From Candidatus Moanibacter sp. (GTDB lineage: Bacteria > Verrucomicrobiota > Verrucomicrobiia > Opitutales > UBA2987): DNA of 26,512 nucleotides. Under the pieces are notes generated by a model, which did not search any database, was not told the origin of the DNA, and worked only from the letters and a program-made list of their open reading frames with translations. A program made the translations under genes and the position numbers. The stretch spans positions 1-26,512 of the forward strand of contig CBDCEW010000021.1 in NCBI GenBank assembly GCA_965215885.1, in the 5' to 3' direction. Below, in pieces: positions 25,816 through 26,512 of this stretch; position 1 is the first letter of the stretch, and each line of letters opens with the position of its first letter.

Positions 25816-26511
25816 TTACAACGATCTACCCCTCCCGTCGTCGATTCGGTAACGCACAAACGCCCGGCTGGCAGCAGCGATATCTGGAAAGTCACCGACC
25901 GCAACCGCACCGCAGAGTGCTGCCCCGACCGCTGCTTCCTCACTGTGGGCAGTGAGTTCGAGCGGAAGGCCAAACGCAGCCGCGAGACTCTCTCTCAGCA
26001 CCGGGTTCAGTCGCAGGCCATTGCCCGAGCCCGCCAATCGTGACCTTTGGGTAGCGCCGAGTGAGACCGCTTCTTCGTAGTATCCTTTCAGTTGTCCAGC
26101 CATTGCCTCGAACAGGGCTCTGGCAAGATGGCCAGGGGTAAGGGTCGCTGGTGTCAAACCGGAGAATTGGGCCTTCGCTTTCGGGTCCCGACGGGACCCC
26201 AGAAACAGCGGCACCGATTGGACACCGTCGGCGCCAGGAGCGACTTCCTCCGCGAGCTGTGCCAGTCGCCGATAGATCTCGTCGCCATCCGCTTCGATGC
26301 CAAATACATCTACCGCGGCTCGAGCAAAGAATTCACGGAGGAAGCGAAAGGTCCTTCCTCCGACCTCTCCGACACCGGCGAGGAGGTAGCCGCTCTGGAT
26401 AAACGGCCTCAACTCAAGCGACCCGCGCTCGAGCGGGGCGCCGACATACAGAGACGCCTGGCCACCCGTCCCGATGTTCACAGCAATCATCTCCTCGTAT
26501 TCGGCGACTGC
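25816..26511 (-). CDS. FGGY-family carbohydrate kinase, C-terminal part (sedoheptulokinase-like; partial at window edge)
   Basis: VNIGTGGQAS, PLFLGSR, LARALFEAMA, GSGNGLRLNP, EEAAVGAA. The frame is open to the window end. Confidence 0.85.
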   Translation of the reverse strand, partial: AVAEYEEMIAVNIGTGGQASLYVGAPLERGSLELRPFIQSGYLLAGVGEVGGRTFRFLREFFARAAVDVFGIEADGDEIYRRLAQLAEEVAPGADGVQSVPLFLGSRRDPKAKAQFSGLTPATLTPGHLARALFEAMAGQLKGYYEEAVSLGATQRSRLAGSGNGLRLNPVLRESLAAAFGLPLELTAHSEEAAVGAALCGAVAVGDFPDIAAASRAFVRYRIDDGRGRSL

Positions 26512-26512
26512 G

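Overview
A GC-rich bacterial window; the repeat style and gene content hint at a PVC-type or similar environmental genome, which is a low-confidence inference. It is a mosaic of stand-alone catabolic enzymes: two PhyH dioxygenases, two SDRs, UxuA-like dehydratase, Zn-dependent dehydrogenase, 2-hydroxyacid dehydrogenase, sugar epimerase, enolase-like protein, SGNH hydrolase, M14 peptidase, FGGY kinase and a PNPOx-FNR-2Fe2S fusion. It also holds two antitoxin-first type II TA pairs and two insertion sequences whose ends I could map. One is an old, decayed IS66 (6308-8695) that splits a sulfatase. The other is an apparently young ISAs1-family element (19131-21024, perfect 10-bp TSD) whose transposase carries an N-terminal DUF4338/DruA-like domain and a frame break at a C5T5 run. 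Intergenic DNA is rich in small palindromic elements, including two REP doublets, two copies of a MITE-like element enclosing a REP pair, and IS-end remnants. The best candidates for undescribed biology are the DUF4338-ISAs1 slippage element, the AbrB-like/RelE-like TA with a triple operator and leaderless-type promoter, and the REP-carrying MITE. No rRNA, tRNA or CRISPR array was seen. All family assignments come from motif recognition, not database searches.
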